Below, piece after piece: positions 34,321 to 47,065 of a stretch of 64,000 bases of DNA. Position numbers and translations under genes: made by a program. The notes under the pieces are model-generated. The model did not search any database, was not told where the DNA came from, and worked only from the letters and a program-made list of their open reading frames with translations. Origin of the DNA: Carcharhinus amblyrhynchos. Its lineage: Eukaryota. The stretch is from NCBI GenBank assembly GCA_965287045.1, contig OZ336874.1:85870001-85934000 (forward strand), in the 5' to 3' direction. Numbering within the stretch: position 1 is the stretch's first letter; every line of letters starts with the position of its first letter.

Positions 34321-34691
34321 TTTTTTTTTTATGCATTCAAAGGATGTTGCTGTCATTGGCTGAGCCAACATTTGTTGCCCATCCCTAATTGCCCTTGAAC
34401 CAAGTGACTCATTTGGCCATTTCAAAGGACATTTTAAGAGTTAACCATATTGCTGTGGGTCTGGAGTCACATGTAGGCCAGATTGGGTAAGGATGGCAGA
34501 TTTCTTTTTCTGAAGGATATTTGTGAACCAGATGGGTTTTTAATGACAAGTGGTAATGGTCATTGATAGACTTCTAATTCAGATTTGTGTTGAATTCTAA
34601 TTTCACCATGGTGGGATTTGAACTCTGGTCCCAGGCATTACCCTGGGTCTCTGGATTACCAGTCTAGTGAAAATACCACTGCACCGCTGCC
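34321..34691 (-). mobile_element. tRNA-derived SINE with family-B LINE tail
   Basis: Minus head GGCAGCGGTGCAGTGG...GTTCAAATCCC, poly-A end. Second copy at 42972-43335. Confidence 0.8.
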
Positions 34692-35419
34692 TTGACATGA
34701 CTGGAAGCTCAGGGTCACATTTGCTGACCAAACAAAGCTGTCCAGCAAAGTGGTTACAAAAACTGTGTTTTGCCTCCTTAATATAGACATGAGCATCAAA
34801 CACACTACAGTATATTGAAAGTACAAGTGACTTGTTGTTTCACATGGAAGCAGTGTTAAGGAACTTGAATAGGGAAAAGGTAAAAGGGCAGCTTTGCATC
34901 TTTTGACCCACTTTTGTCCTTGCCTTTTGCCTTGTGCCATCCACCCATGCTTCATTAAACTGTTCTTCTCTTCAGTGCCATCACTGACCTTCCATTTTGT
35001 TCTTTACTCTCCCCCTGCCATTCCACCCCAATTTTCTTTTTCCTGTCTCTGAACTTGCTTAAACCCTGCTACACCACTACCTTCTGCCAATCTGACCAAA
35101 TGTCACTGGTCTGAAATGCTGGACCTCTGCTGGGACAGAAACGGAGGTAGGCCTGTGCTAAAAACAGTACCACTGGCCTGGGTGTCACATCCCCAGTTCA
35201 ATCCTGTCCCCAGACGTGCATTGGGTAGTTGATCAAACTAACTAGTTGTCACATAAGGGCAAATGAAGGAGATTGAGTGGGACTAGTGGCTATAGTTACA
35301 GCTGCCTTGGTGAACAATGGTTGGGCAAAGAACAAATCAGCCAAACTCCCCTCCTCTCACTCCATTTGGGACTTGCTGCTGTCTCCACAAAAATTAAAGT
35401 CAGAGGAGTGCAGCTATCT

Positions 35420-37030
35420 TTGAGGGAAGTGGGGCCAGGCCGGAAGAGATTACAGAGACACGGCCATGGAAGGATTTGAAAATATTTTAAAGTTAACACG
35501 TTGCTTGACTGGGAGCCATTGGAGGTCAGCGAGCACAGGTGTGGGAGGGAAATAGAACTTGCTGAGAACCTGCTTTTTAAATGGTATGAAACATGTAAGT
35601 GTTGCTGTTCTGAGAGACTTGAGTGTTCTGGTACAAGTAACACAAGTTAACATGCAGGTGCAGCAAACAATTAGGAAGGCAAATGGCATGTTGGCTTTTA
35701 TGGCTTGGAGTACAAGAATGAAGAAGTCTTACTCCAGTTGTACAAGGTTTTGTTGAGACTACTTCTTGACTACTGTGTGCAGTGTGGAGTCTGAATCATT
35801 AAATGGTTTCAAGAAGGAGATAGATATATTTTTGATTTTTAAAAACGGGTTGAAGCAATATGGGGAATAGGCAGGGGATGGATTTGAGAGTTCAGGGAGA
35901 GCTAAGCCATGATCTGATTGAATGGTGGAGCAGGCTCAAATTAACTACTTTTGCTCCTAATTCTTATGTTCCTGTGGTTAGTCTACACATTTGAGAAAGC
36001 ATTGGAGGCAGTGTAGCGAAGGTTTACTAAATTGGTCCATGGGATGAGGGGTTGTCCTATGATGAGAGACTAAGTAAATTGCATCTAAATTCTCCAGAAT
36101 TTTGATGAATGATTGATAACATAATTGAAACCTACAAAATTCTGAAGAGGCTTGATAAGAAAGATGCTGAGAGATTGTTGCCATTATTTAAGAAATCTAA
36201 AACATGAGGCACAATTTCTGAATAAGGGAAAAGTCATTTTGGGCTAAGAAGAGGAGAAAATACTTCACTCAAAGGGTTGTGAATTTTTAGAATTTTCTAC
36301 TCCTCAAAGTTATGGACGTTCCATCGTTGAATACAAATATAGGCTGTGATAGACAGATTTTGAATTGCTCAGAGAATTAAGGGAAATGGGAATCAGGTGG
36401 GAAAATTGGCTTGAAGTCCAAGATCACGCAGTAATGTACTGAATGGCGGAGCAGGCACAGTGACCATAGGGTCTACTTCTGCTCCTGTTTCTTGAGTTCT
36501 TGTGAGAGTGATAACTCCAGCAGCTGAGTTTTTGATGACCTAAAGTCTATGGAGGGTAGAATATGGGTGATCAGTCAGTAGTGAGTTGGAATAGTCAAGT
36601 CCAGGGTTAATGAAGGTATGAATGAGAATTTCAACAGCAGAGGAGCTGAGATGAAGGTGAAATCGAAGGATGTTACAGAGGTTGAAATAGGCAGTTTATT
36701 GATGGAACAAATGAGTTAGGAAGCTCATCTCAGGTTCAGATGTGACACCAAGGTTGTGACAGACTGGATAAATCCTACTGTTGCCAGGGAGAGGGATGGA
36801 GTTGTTGCTAGGGAACAGAGTTTAAAAGGGGCATCAAAAACAATGGTTTCAATCTTCCCAATATCTAATTGAAAAACATTGCTACTCTGTAGTGGATGTC
36901 ACATGACCAGTCTGATAGTTTAGCAACAACTAAGGAGTTGAGTAATGATGAGGTAGGGTTGTTGTAATCAGCTTACATATGAAAATGAAATTTGTGCTTT
37001 TAGCTGAAATCGCTGAGGGTAGCATGTGGA
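35420..37030 (-). mobile_element. L2 fragment interrupted by + strand CR1 pieces (about 35570-36500)
   Basis: 'TPVLADLQWLPVKQRVNFKI'. L2 resumes at about 36505 and matches 17750-18250. Confidence 0.75.
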
Positions 37031-40000
37031 TGAGAAATAAGTCAGGGGGGATTTTACAAAACCTGCAAAAACAGGGCATGTTGCACGGAAGGTGACTGAA
37101 TCATGTGGGAGCCAGCATTTTGATTTCCTAGTAACAGGTTGAACTGCAGAGATTATGTCAGCGGCATGTTTGTGGTGTGTTGAGCCTCATGCTGTCTGTG
37201 CTCAGTTCGTGCTTGTAACACATTTGCATGTTATGAATATTCATTCGTGTAGAACCTTTTTTAATGATGTGCTATCTTCGAGATAAAGTCAGCAAGAGAA
37301 CAAGAGTCTCTTGGCACGTGGTTCACGTTCGTTTCAAGGTTGCAAGCAGCAGCCGGCTTTGGGCAGTTCTGTTTGAGATCAGCAGCTCTCCTTGTTGCAC
37401 TATGTAGTACAAGAGAGCAGGGCAAGAAAATGGCACTTTCCACGGAGGTTCAGGGCTGACAAGGGTGAGATAGGGGTGTGAGTGGAGGTTGAAAGGTTGG
37501 ATTTTTGGGGTATGGCGGAATGGAAGAGGAATCCAAGCGAGGACAGAGGGTGGGATTGGGAGTATGGAAGAGTGAAGTGGGAAGTGCCTGGCATCCTGGT
37601 TGAAGTGAGGGGTATAGTGGGATAGTCATTCAAGGTAAAAAAATGAGGGGTCTAAAGGGTGCGGTCAGTACTGTCTACACGTTGACACATCTCAGGGTTT
37701 TGACTGGTACTGTCTTTACAGGAATTTGAGTTCACCTAGAATATTTCAAATATCCTGAATGAGAGTGATCTCAAACAATTTACTTTATAATTCGTAGGAG
37801 GGAGGGCCAACTGACCATACATGTTCAGTGTTGTACTCAGAGTGGTGAGCACAACACTAGACACTAACACGAACATCCAATAAAGACTGAACAAAATAAC
37901 ATCACATTGTTTCTTCCACCCACAATAAAGGAAATGTCCCGCACTCCCCCATAACCATCAATGTGTGTTAACCAGTGAGGCGTGCCAGTACATTTAGCTT
38001 TCTGACTTAGCTAGTCTGGTCAAATAACAATGATGTACACACGAATACAGTGAAGCCAATATAATGTGAAACATTTACATGTAAAATTTGAAAAACACAC
38101 ATGCCACCTTTCTGCTCTTAATAAATCTTGTGTTGATGCCAATTGATTTGGATAGGAATGTTTTAGCCATGGGTGCAGGGCCTCCCTGTTTGACCAGGAG
38201 GATTTTTTACAGGCTGTCCATAGACGCAACATTATTGACAGACAGTGAGTTTTCACCAATGAGAAGTTTCTCCTGATGCAGAACGACTCATGTCTCTCCT
38301 TCACATTACTGATAAATTAAATTTTAGTTGTAATCAGGTGAGAAACAGAAAAAAGTAAGAGTGCAGGAATGGCACCCACTTATGGTTCCGCTGTTAGGAG
38401 TGGCGTACCACTGATAAAATTCCACCTGTTGTCTTTCTGACATTTTCTTGCCTGCTCCGTAAATTATTCGGGACAGGTAGGTGAACCCCACAAGTAGGTG
38501 AAGCTCATGCTTGAGATCAATCACTTAGGTGAAGTAACAGTGAATCACAAGTGCTTGTGTACTGCAAGAAGAATTAATGCCCTCGGGATAAGAAAAGAGA
38601 TCCGAAAGGAGGTTAGCGGGAGGAAATTAAAAAGTAACATATTACAATAATCAATATAATTTAACATGTTCCGATTTCAGCTTTGGCAATTATTTTCTTG
38701 AATTGAAATCACACTATACAGATAGAAAGACAAAATGCAGAGGTTTTACGCTGGCACTAAGATGAAGCTTCAATAGAAAATGGGATTAGAGCTCAAGAAC
38801 ATATACAATGAGTCTTCAACACAAGTTTATGATACATGATAGCTGCATTTCTGAAAGGAGGAACCTAACAAATGCATCTACTTCCTCACCTCTCATATTA
38901 ATCACCAGATAGCCATACATCGATAGGCCGCTTTTCATGCATTTGGATGTGCACGTGTGTCTCTATATCTGTGACACTGACTAATTGTTGCCAGTTTTGA
39001 AATAATAGAAGTGTCTTAAAATGTCTAAATGTAATTTGTTATATAAACAGGAAGAAAATGCAGTGAGAAAAGATTTCCATAATGGAAATGCAGAATCTCC
39101 CATTAAATGTAAGCTGTTGTGAATCTTACACTGTTACACCATTTAGCTGGAGTAACATTAGACTGTAGGAAACCAAGTTAACACTTGCAGTTTCCAACAT
39201 TTATTGTAGATTCAATTACAAAGGAAAGGAGATTGAAACAATACGTAAGCAGTTCTAGATAATTTTCATAACTTTTCTGTATACCTGGCAACACTCCAAA
39301 CACATTGCGAACAGAAAAAGTATTTTGAATATAGTACATGCTCCTGGAGACAGAAATCTATATTCTATTGCAATAAACAGACAAAAAAATGGTTTGCAGC
39401 ATCAATTACATACTTCAAGCCATTGTCACTTCATATTCTGTCCTTTTTGGATTTGGGAATACTTGTCTTTGGAAATTGCAAACAAAATATAATATTCTAC
39501 ACAATTTAGTTTAGAAAATAATCTAGTCAATTGTAGTAATGAAACAATTGTGATGATGTTTGCTTGTCTATTGCTTTGTTTATGCTAAACAATGCTGTTG
39601 GAGGCAGATGATATTTTGATAACAATAACTTAACAGCCGCCTGAGGCCTCAAAGTGGATGGTCAGTGTTCCTGCCAGTAACAGGAGTGAACCTATTACAG
39701 GATGTAATTAGGATTCCATATCAGCTGTAAGAGCCCAATATAATTTTCAGTTACCAGTGGGTGAAAGTTAGCCATGGCTGTGAATGAGCTGAAACAGCAC
39801 TCCTGAAAAATCCATTGGAGGCTACTCCACAAGCATTGCAATAAGGCTTAAAAATGACTAAAATATACAAACGATCATTCAGGTCCCACAGGGATCCTCC
39901 AGTCTGAAATTACTGCATCCACTGCTGCTGCCACCTCTGCCCCTCTTGCCAAAGGTTTGGATAAAATTGAGGCAAGGTGTGAAACAGGTTGCCAACTCTC

Positions 40001-40254
40001 TTTCACCCATCAATTTGACTAACAGTCAATGATTAAATTACTATCAGTGAGTGCGATCAATGAACAGCTTTGATATTTTTAGTTGACGTTGGTGGAAGGA
40101 GCGATATGGCCCCAGACATTGGAAAAATAGGATCTCAGTTTAATGCCCACTTTAAACAATAGTGGGGAATTTTAATCCACATGTTTGCATTGGCTTATTG
40201 CATCGAAGATTAGATGACACCCATCCATCCCAAGAGCTAATGGTCGGCGCCCAG

Positions 40255-40547
40255 GGTTTATGCCACCTCTGTGTTCAACACCTTCTGTTTGGTTGCAGAG
40301 GCTGGTTTGTGAGTCCCTTCTACAGATGACCCATTGAACAGCTTTGGCTCAAAGTCAACTGATGGTGTTGCCTTCCGATGGACCTCCTTTTCTGCCAACT
40401 GCTCATTTCTTTTGCCCTTGGCTTTTTCCACAGCTTGCCTGACCATTTGTCTCCAGCCACTGCAGTCAGCACCAAGGACTTTTCATACATCAACTTCAAT
40501 CCCAGTCAACGTTACTTCACGCCTACAGACATACTTGTATCGCAGAT
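40255..40547 (-). mobile_element. RTE-clade LINE C-terminal remnant
   Basis: Minus frame 'HLRYKYVCRRE...ADCSGWRQMVRQAV...KR' resembles the RTE 'LRYKDxCKRD..DRxxWR' motif. Confidence 0.6.
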
Positions 40548-40609
40548 GTTAATAGCCTGTTGGTTTAGAGCTGATAACACATGCCTCTGTGGATACAGCT
40601 GTCATCCAA

Positions 40610-40922
40610 GGCAGCACGGTGGCACAGTGGTTAGCACTGCTGCCTCACAATGCTAGGGATCCAGGTTCAATTCAAGTCTGGGTTCACTTGTCTATGTGAA
40701 GTTTGCACTTTCTTCCCATGTCTGTGTGGGTTTCCTTTGGGTACTCTGGTTTCCTCCCACGGTCCAAACATGTGAGAGTTAGGTTGACTGGCCATGGTAA
40801 AGTGACTCTAGTGTCAGGGATTTAGCTGGTAAATGTCTGGGGTTATGGGAATAGGCCCTGGGTGGGATGTGGCCGGTACAGACTTGATGGGCGGAATGGC
40901 ATCCTTCTGTACTGTAGGGATT
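40610..40922 (+). mobile_element. HE1-like V-SINE
   Basis: GGCAGCACGGTGGCACAGTGGTTAGCACTGCTG head, V-domain and tail. Confidence 0.88.
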
Positions 40923-42609
40923 AAATGATCCATTCAGTCCACATCTCCCAGCCAAGAAAGACTGATTCAAGAGAGCAAACTGGGTGGGGATCCCTGCACA
41001 CTGGTAGACATTCATAATCAGCATCCTGTCTTGCATCGGCTCAGAGGTTTAAGTGTTATAAGTTTGAATCACAACACCTAATCCACTTGTGGCAGGAGAA
41101 GGGTTAGCAGTTTTAAATATTATAATGCTGATATGAGCCTTATTTTTATGCATCATTTTGAATTTAACTTCACAATGGCCAGAATTCATGAGCTTGGGAA
41201 ACCCAGCAGCTACTCCCAGGCCAGGAGGAAAGGAGCTTTTCATTTATCTGCTGTACCTGGCTTACTTGCTGAAAATCTCCCCCCAGCCCCCCATACTGGC
41301 TCATCCAACCGAGCTCCAACAATACCCAGTAGCCTTCAAACTGACCCCAACCCCTTCAATCTACACTCCCACTTCCACGCACTGCGGTCAGCCCTTCTTC
41401 ATAGGATCCTCCACCCTCTCCCCCCCTCCACCAAGCCCACAGGAAGAAATACACCCCAGTGCCCACCCCAGGGTGTAGAGTTACCTTGTCCTGCAACCTT
41501 TTTCTGGACAACACCCAATCCGACAAGAAACTGAGCCCTATTGCACTGGTTTCTGGCTGGAGAGCCAGATTGTGACGTCACATGTCTGCTGTGAGTTAAA
41601 ACTTGGCAGGGTTACCTCAACTACCAGGTTCCTTGAGCTCTTTCAACCATTCCCCTCCCCCAACCCCTATGAGCATCAGAAAATAAATAAAAATAAATGT
41701 TTTTTAGTGTTTCAGGGAAGGAAGAGCAATAAAAGTTTTACTCATCTTAAACAATTTGCTTAAAGTTGTTGGCAAATATTATTACAAATATTATATGCAT
41801 GTGTTCTACATTTTTCATCAATGTCATCTGTAAATATTTTGAGAGCTGGAATGCCTTTTAGTTCAGTTAATCTTGCAACATTCCATCTTTCAGTTGTGCT
41901 TAGATAGCATCAAAACTGTTCAATTGAGTTATAGCTGTGCACAATATTCTTACCTGTGTTTATCATGAGATATATTGCTTCAGTAAATTTTCTGTATTAC
42001 AACCATGGATGCTACTGTTGACTGCTGCTGTGAGACCGCAGGAAACATCAGAAACATCAGGAACCGTGCCTAAGGTCTTGGTCTATCCGAGAGCAACATT
42101 AAGGGAGGTCTACCGCTACAACATAACAAATAACTGAGAGACAGACAGATTCTGCTTTCAAAATACGACAATTATTTTTCCTCAGGTGCCAACCAAAAAC
42201 CATATTGTGAATTGATGATGAAAGGAACAAGAAATCCAAATCAAACTGTAGAGCCTAACATGTTTCAAATTATTCTTGTACAATGAATTATAAAAAAAAG
42301 AATGATTCTCTTCAGAATCTTGAAACAGAGGTTCTTCAGTAGCCCCCAGAGAATCACCAGAAAGTTAAATGCAACTTTGAACAAGAATGGAAATAGTGTA
42401 GATACAAATGGGCTGACACCCATAGGGTGAAAAGGCAGCTCAATGTAGGTAGGATTTCTGTTTACTCCAGACCTGTACCCTGAGCCAGAGTGAGTCTGTA
42501 GGCTTGCACAATGGTTGTATCATTGCCGGACACTCAGTAGCCCTATGTCAGGAAGAAGATTGTGAAACAGGGATGGCCATTTCCACGTGGTGAGAAGTGA
42601 AGAAAGGAA

Positions 42610-42895
42610 AGTACTTATTTGCATTTACCTTTCATGACTTCATGGTGTCCCAGAGCAAACTACAGCCAATTAAATACTTATGAAGTGTAGTTACTGTCAG
42701 AGGAAATGTGGCAGACAACTTGCACACAGCAAGGTACCACAAACACCAATGTGATAATAACCAAAGAATTTGTTATTAGTTGCTTGACAGAAATACTGGC
42801 CAGAACAATGAGAAGAACTCCCCTGTTCTTCTTCAAAGTAATGCCTTGGAGCTTTTTACACTCATATTGAGAGGAGTGATGGCATCTGGGTTCAA
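42610..42895 (-). mobile_element. Deu-domain SINE (SacSINE1-like), truncated by a CR1 insertion
   Basis: Homologous to 14160-14493 and 51605-53045. Confidence 0.6.
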
Positions 42896-42899
42896 AAGC

Positions 42900-43810
42900 A
42901 GAACAGAAGAAATAGGAGCAGGAGTATTCAGTCCCTCAAGCTGCAGTATTATCATGGCTGAGTTTCTGCCTTTTTTATTTCATCCATGGGACATGGGCAT
43001 TGCTGGCTGGACCAGCATTTATTGCCCATCCCTCGTTGCCCTTGAACTGAGTGACATGCTGGACCATTTCAGAGGGCAGTTGAGAGTCACATGCACACCA
43101 GACCATGTAAGGACAGCAGATTTCCTTCCCTGCAGGACATTAGTGAACACAGATGATGTGTTTTTCTGACAATTGACAATGGTTTCATGGTCATAGGTAG
43201 ATTCTTAATTCCATTTTTTTAAATTGAATTCAAATTTTACCTTCTGCTGTAATGAGATGCAAACACAGGCCCTCAGAACATTGGCTAGGTTTCTGGATTA
43301 ATAATCTAGCAATAATACCACAAGGCCATTGCCTCCAACTCCACTTTCCCACCCACTTCTCACACCCCTTAATTCCCTGAAAGACCAAAGAAATCTGCTT
43401 CTCAGCTTTGAATAGACTCAACTATGGAGCATCCATGCCAATCTAGAGTGGAGAATTCCAAAGATTTACAATCATCTAAGTGAAGAAATTTTACCTCGTA
43501 TCAGTCCTAAATAATGTCCTGAGACTGTGCCTCCATCTTCGAGATGCCCCAGCCATGGGAAATGACCTCTGAGTGTCTACTCATTCACACCCTTCAGAAT
43601 TCTGTATTTTTCGATGAGATCATTTAACATCTCTCATTAAACTCAGAGAACATAGGTCCAGTTAACAGCATGTTTATCATAGGACAATCCATCCATTCCA
43701 GGAACTAATCTAGTAAAACTTTGCAGTTCAACCCCCCAAGAAATTAAATCCTCCCTTTGACATGGAAACCAAAACTGGGCACAGCACTAAAAATCAAAAA
43801 TTCAATAGGA
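42900..43810 (-). mobile_element. CR1 3' fragment with nested SINE (42972-43335)
   Basis: The CR1 3' UTR is split around the SINE and resumes at about 43335. Confidence 0.75.
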
Positions 43811-44159
43811 GGTATCCAAGAGATGGAACTTGCAATCATGCAACTTCCCTTCACTACTTGCACTGAACTAATTTTCTGAGGTTGGAATTTTACAGCCCAT
43901 TTATGGCAGGACCAGGACAGTAAAATTTGGTGAGCCGTTCGGAAGGCCATTGTCTTCGATGGGAGTAGAAGATTCCGCCGGTGGGAGGGGCTTTAAAATT
44001 CTGTCCTGAGTTTTGTCGATGGAAGTTTGAATATAATAAATATACAGTTAGCATGTTAATTATGTCTGACTGGTTTTGCTGATTCTGATATCCTCAAGAA
44101 GTCTCAAAATGCTTCATTGTCAAAGATGTCCCCAAAGATATCCCGGGTCAGAATGGGAA

Positions 44160-45110
44160 CATTTCCCTGCTCAGTGAGATCACCTCTCCTCTCTAGACTC
44201 AGATTATAAACCCAATTTACTCAGCCTGTCATTGTAAGTCAACCTTCTCATTCAAGGAACCAGTTCAGGGAAGCTTCACAGTACTACCCCCAAGGCAAGT
44301 ATGTCCTTCCTTAAATATAAAGACCAAAACTAAGCATAATTCTCCTAGAGTGGTGTCATCAAAGCCCTAATTGAAGCAGGATTTCCTTCATCATATGCAC
44401 CAATTCTCTTGCAATTAGGCCAACAATATGTTGTCCTAATTACTTGTTTTTCCTGCATGCTCACTTTCTTTGTCCCTTGTCTGACTACATGCAAGTTCCA
44501 AACATCACAATTTACTTTTGCTCCAAATGTAACAGCCAAGAAATTCCTCAGAGGTGCTCTTACATTGTTGCTGTAAATTCACTGGAACTAAATGGAGTTT
44601 CTGTCACTCTTCCAGAGATGTTATGGCGCTAGAGTGGGTGCAGTTACAAAGTGATGCCTAGTCTATGCTATAAATCTGTGATCATGAAGGAAATATAGAA
44701 TAATGAGTCAAGCGAATTGTTGGTTAAGATTTGCATGCTTAAGCTTGTGTTCGATGCATATTTGTTACATTTGCATGTTTTAAGTGGAGGCATCAATGCT
44801 GACTTCACAGAATCCCTACAGTTTCAAGATTTTTCAATATATTCTGGTTTTCTATTCTTACCAGCAAAATGAATAAATTCATACTTTCCCATATTACACA
44901 CCATCTGCCACCTTCTTGCCCACTTACTTAATCTATTCATATCTCTGTAGTCTCTTTACGTCCTCCTTACACAGCTTACACTGCCACCCAGTTTTGTATT
45001 ATCAGCACTTTGTTACATTACTCTCACTCCTTTCATCTAACTCATTAATATTGATCGTAAATAGCAAAGGCCCCAACCCTGATTCTTGTGACACTCCTCC
45101 AGTCTCAGTC
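44160..45110 (-). mobile_element. Old CR1 RT fragment interrupted by a duplicated unique segment
   Basis: CR1 similarity on both sides of 44516-44821. Confidence 0.7.
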
Positions 45111-46590
45111 TGTTAATGTTGATCAATGAGCAGAGAGAAGATACAAGCAGCAGAGTTATGGATGACCTCAAGTTTATGGAGGCTAAAAATATGGGAGACC
45201 AGCCAGGAATGCATTGGAATAGTTGAATTTGTATGTAATGAAGGCAAGAATGAGTGCTTCAGCAGCAGATGAGCTAAGGCAGGGATGAAGTCAGACAATG
45301 TTACGATGGTGGAAATAGATGGTCTTAGTGATGGCACTGGGAAGCCCATCTTGGGATCAAATGTGACACCAAGATTATGAACAGACTGCCTTCATCTTAG
45401 ACTGTTGGCATGGAGAGGAATGGAGGCGATAGCTAGGGAATGGAGTTTGGAGCGGAGACTGAAAACCGTGGATTCATTCTTCCCATTATCTAATTAGAGG
45501 CTATTTCTCCACCAGTGTTTGTTTGTGTATTTAGTAGTGTCACAGGTAGGCTTACATTAACACTGTAATGAAGCTACTGTGAAAATCCCCTAGTTGCCAC
45601 ACTCCAGCATCTGTTCAGGTACACAGGGAGAATTTAGCGTGGCCAAAGTACCTAACCAGCACGTCTTTTGGACTGTGGGAGGAAACTGGAGCACCTGGAG
45701 AAAACCCACGCAGACATGGGGAGAACATACAGACTCCGCACAGACAGCGACCTAAACCAACTAACTACTGTGCCACCACGCTGTACTGAATATTTGATAA
45801 GCATGATAACTTAGCAACAGTGGAGGACTCGAGAGAGGCGGTACTGAGATAGATCTGGATGTCATCAGCGTACATGTGAAAATTAACATGAATGATAAAC
45901 AACCAAATGAAATGTTTTGATGTTATTGCTATCAAATCTTATACGCTATGAACAAAGAACAGTTACTTGCACCTAAGCCTTTCTTTTTTATGTCTGTATG
46001 AGCATAATTGCATAAATGTGGTATTCCAAATTCCTTTCTGATCAGCTTGTGCTATTTGTGACAAGGCGGTGAGGCTCACTTAATGCCAGGAATCACATTT
46101 CACAGGCAGTGTGTAAATATACTTCCACACCAATCTAAATGTGTTTAAAAATCCAAGTTCTTCTTGAAATGTTCATTAATTTCAAGGCTTGGCCTTTCTA
46201 ACATTCTAGGGAAGGAATTGCTGGAATTCACGGCTCTCTGGAAGCTTTTCAAATAAACATTTTTATCCATTAATTTTGCTCCAAACGTAAGAGCCGGGAA
46301 ATTCCTCAGAGGTGCTCCTACATTGCTGCTGTATATTCACTAGAAGTAAATGGGGTTTCTGTCACTCTTTCAGAGATGTTATGGCGTTACAGTGGGTACA
46401 GTTACAAAGTGATGTCTAGCCTATATCCTAAGTCAGTGATCATGATGGACATATAGAAAAATGAATCACGCAAATTGTTGGTTAAGATTTGCATACTTAA
46501 GTTTGTGTAATATATGTTAGACAAACATGTTTGTTATATTTGCATGCTTTCGGTGGAGTCCTCATTACTAGTTTCACAGAATCCCTACAG
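44516..46590 (+). repeat. Dispersed direct duplication: 44516-44821 and 46274-46590
   Basis: Both run TTTTGCTCCAAA...GAAATTCCTCAGAGGTGCTC...TTCACAGAATCCCTACAG, roughly 80-85% identical by eye. Confidence 0.9.
45115..45890 (-). mobile_element. L2 fragment with nested V-SINE (about 45530-45782)
   Basis: Matches the L2 copies at 17750-18250. SINE head and V-domain on the minus strand. Confidence 0.75.
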
Positions 46591-46895
46591 CGCAGAAAGA
46601 GGCTATCCAACCTAGTGAGTCTGCACCAGCTCTCCTACAGAGCACCCCACCCAGGCCCACCTCTGCAATCCCATGCATTTACCCTATTCTCCCTAACCTA
46701 CATATCTTAGTGCACTAAGGGCTAATTTAAATATCCAATCCTCCAAACCTTCACTTTCTTGGACTGTGGGAGGGAACTAAAGCTCCTGGAGGAAACCCAT
46801 GCAGACATGGGGAGCAGACAGTTATCCAAGGCCGGAGTCAAACTCGGGTCCTTCGCGGTGGAAGGCAACAGTGCGTACCACTGCACCACCATGGC
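46575..46895 (-). mobile_element. HE1-like V-SINE
   Basis: Minus head TGGTGGTGCAGTGG, V-domain, tail CTGTAGGGATTCTG. Confidence 0.8.
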
Positions 46896-47065
46896 GGTTT
46901 TTACACTGTGCTTGTAACATTTTAGGAGATGTCACCTGTTTGAATAGCTTTCTATCTCATGCCCTAGTTGGCAGTGTGAAACCCTACCCGCAATTCTTCC
47001 GAAAGTGCTGAGTTTGGAAAATTGTTCTAAATCCCAACTCCCTTCTCTTTTGTCATTTTAGCTTC

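Noticed and set aside
44725-44780. ATTTGCAT octamers as immunoglobulin promoters
   Set aside because: No leader, V segment or recombination signal sequences nearby, and the motif is common in AT-rich DNA.
44516-46590. Pair of LTRs
   Set aside because: No TG...CA ends, PBS or PPT. The interior is CR1, L2 and SINE debris.
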